Shown: one piece after another, positions 63,820 through 64,000 of the stretch
How the letters are laid out: every line of letters starts with the position of its first letter
Numbering within the stretch: the stretch's first letter is position 1
From: an uncultured delta proteobacterium
GTDB lineage: Bacteria; Desulfobacterota; Binatia; UBA9968
NCBI GenBank assembly: GCA_963816145.1
Contig: CAWFJP010000029.1
Location: forward strand, 384,001-448,000
Direction of reading: 5' to 3'
DNA length: 64,000 nucleotides
The notes under the pieces: model-generated
What the model was told of the DNA's origin: nothing
The model's database searches: none
Seen by the model: the letters and a program-made list of their open reading frames with translations, nothing else
Translations under genes and position numbers: made by a program

Positions 63820-64000
63820 CTATTCCCCCTTAAACGCCCGCGTTAGAGTTTCGATGTCAATTTTGTTCATTTGCATCATTGCCGCCATGACTCTCGCCGA
63901 TTTAGCCGCATCTTTGTCTTGTAACATTTCGACCAGCGCGGACGGAACAACTTGCCACGACAGGCCGAATTTATCTTTGAGCCAACCGCACTGGCTTTTT
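63820..64000 (-). CDS. VOC/PhnB-like protein, C-terminal part (5' partial)
   Basis: [17 protein letters not shown]...[14 protein letters not shown]. Confidence 0.85.
   Translation of the reverse strand, partial: KSQCGWLKDKFGLSWQVVPSALVEMLQDKDAAKSARVMAAMMQMNKIDIETLTRAFKGE

Overview
GC-rich bacterial chromosome window. The gene order (ilvB-ilvN-ilvC-psd-pssA-leuA-leuB-asd-truA) suggests a deltaproteobacterial/Binatia-like host, which is an inference. 1-19 kb is core housekeeping: rho end, rpsB-tsf-pyrH-frr-uppS-cdsA-dxr-rseP-tsaB, branched-chain amino acid synthesis, psd/pssA, asd, truA. About 21.5-47 kb is an integrase-less defence region. It holds a dense run of small toxin-antitoxin modules and remnants separated by five co-oriented copies of a mosaic non-coding spacer. 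This is followed by a type 3 BREX locus (brxF-brxC-pglXI-brxHII-pglZ-brxA) with an inserted Schlafen/AlbA_2-domain gene and five single-base frameshifts, then a BrnT/BrnA pair. 47-64 kb has leuCD, a liv-type ABC transporter, a CoA-transferase, small metabolic genes and a minus-strand VOC-YciI-beta-propeller-MoaD-SRPBCC-DoxX cluster. The most notable observations are (1) the repeat-delimited TA/BREX cassette array, (2) a candidate leucine attenuator for leuA that seems to use the rare-Leu-codon-rich 3' end of pssA as its leader peptide, (3) the Schlafen-like gene inside BREX-3 and (4) selective loss of toxins with intact antitoxins. No CRISPR, tRNA or rRNA was seen. All family calls come from motif recognition, not database searches.
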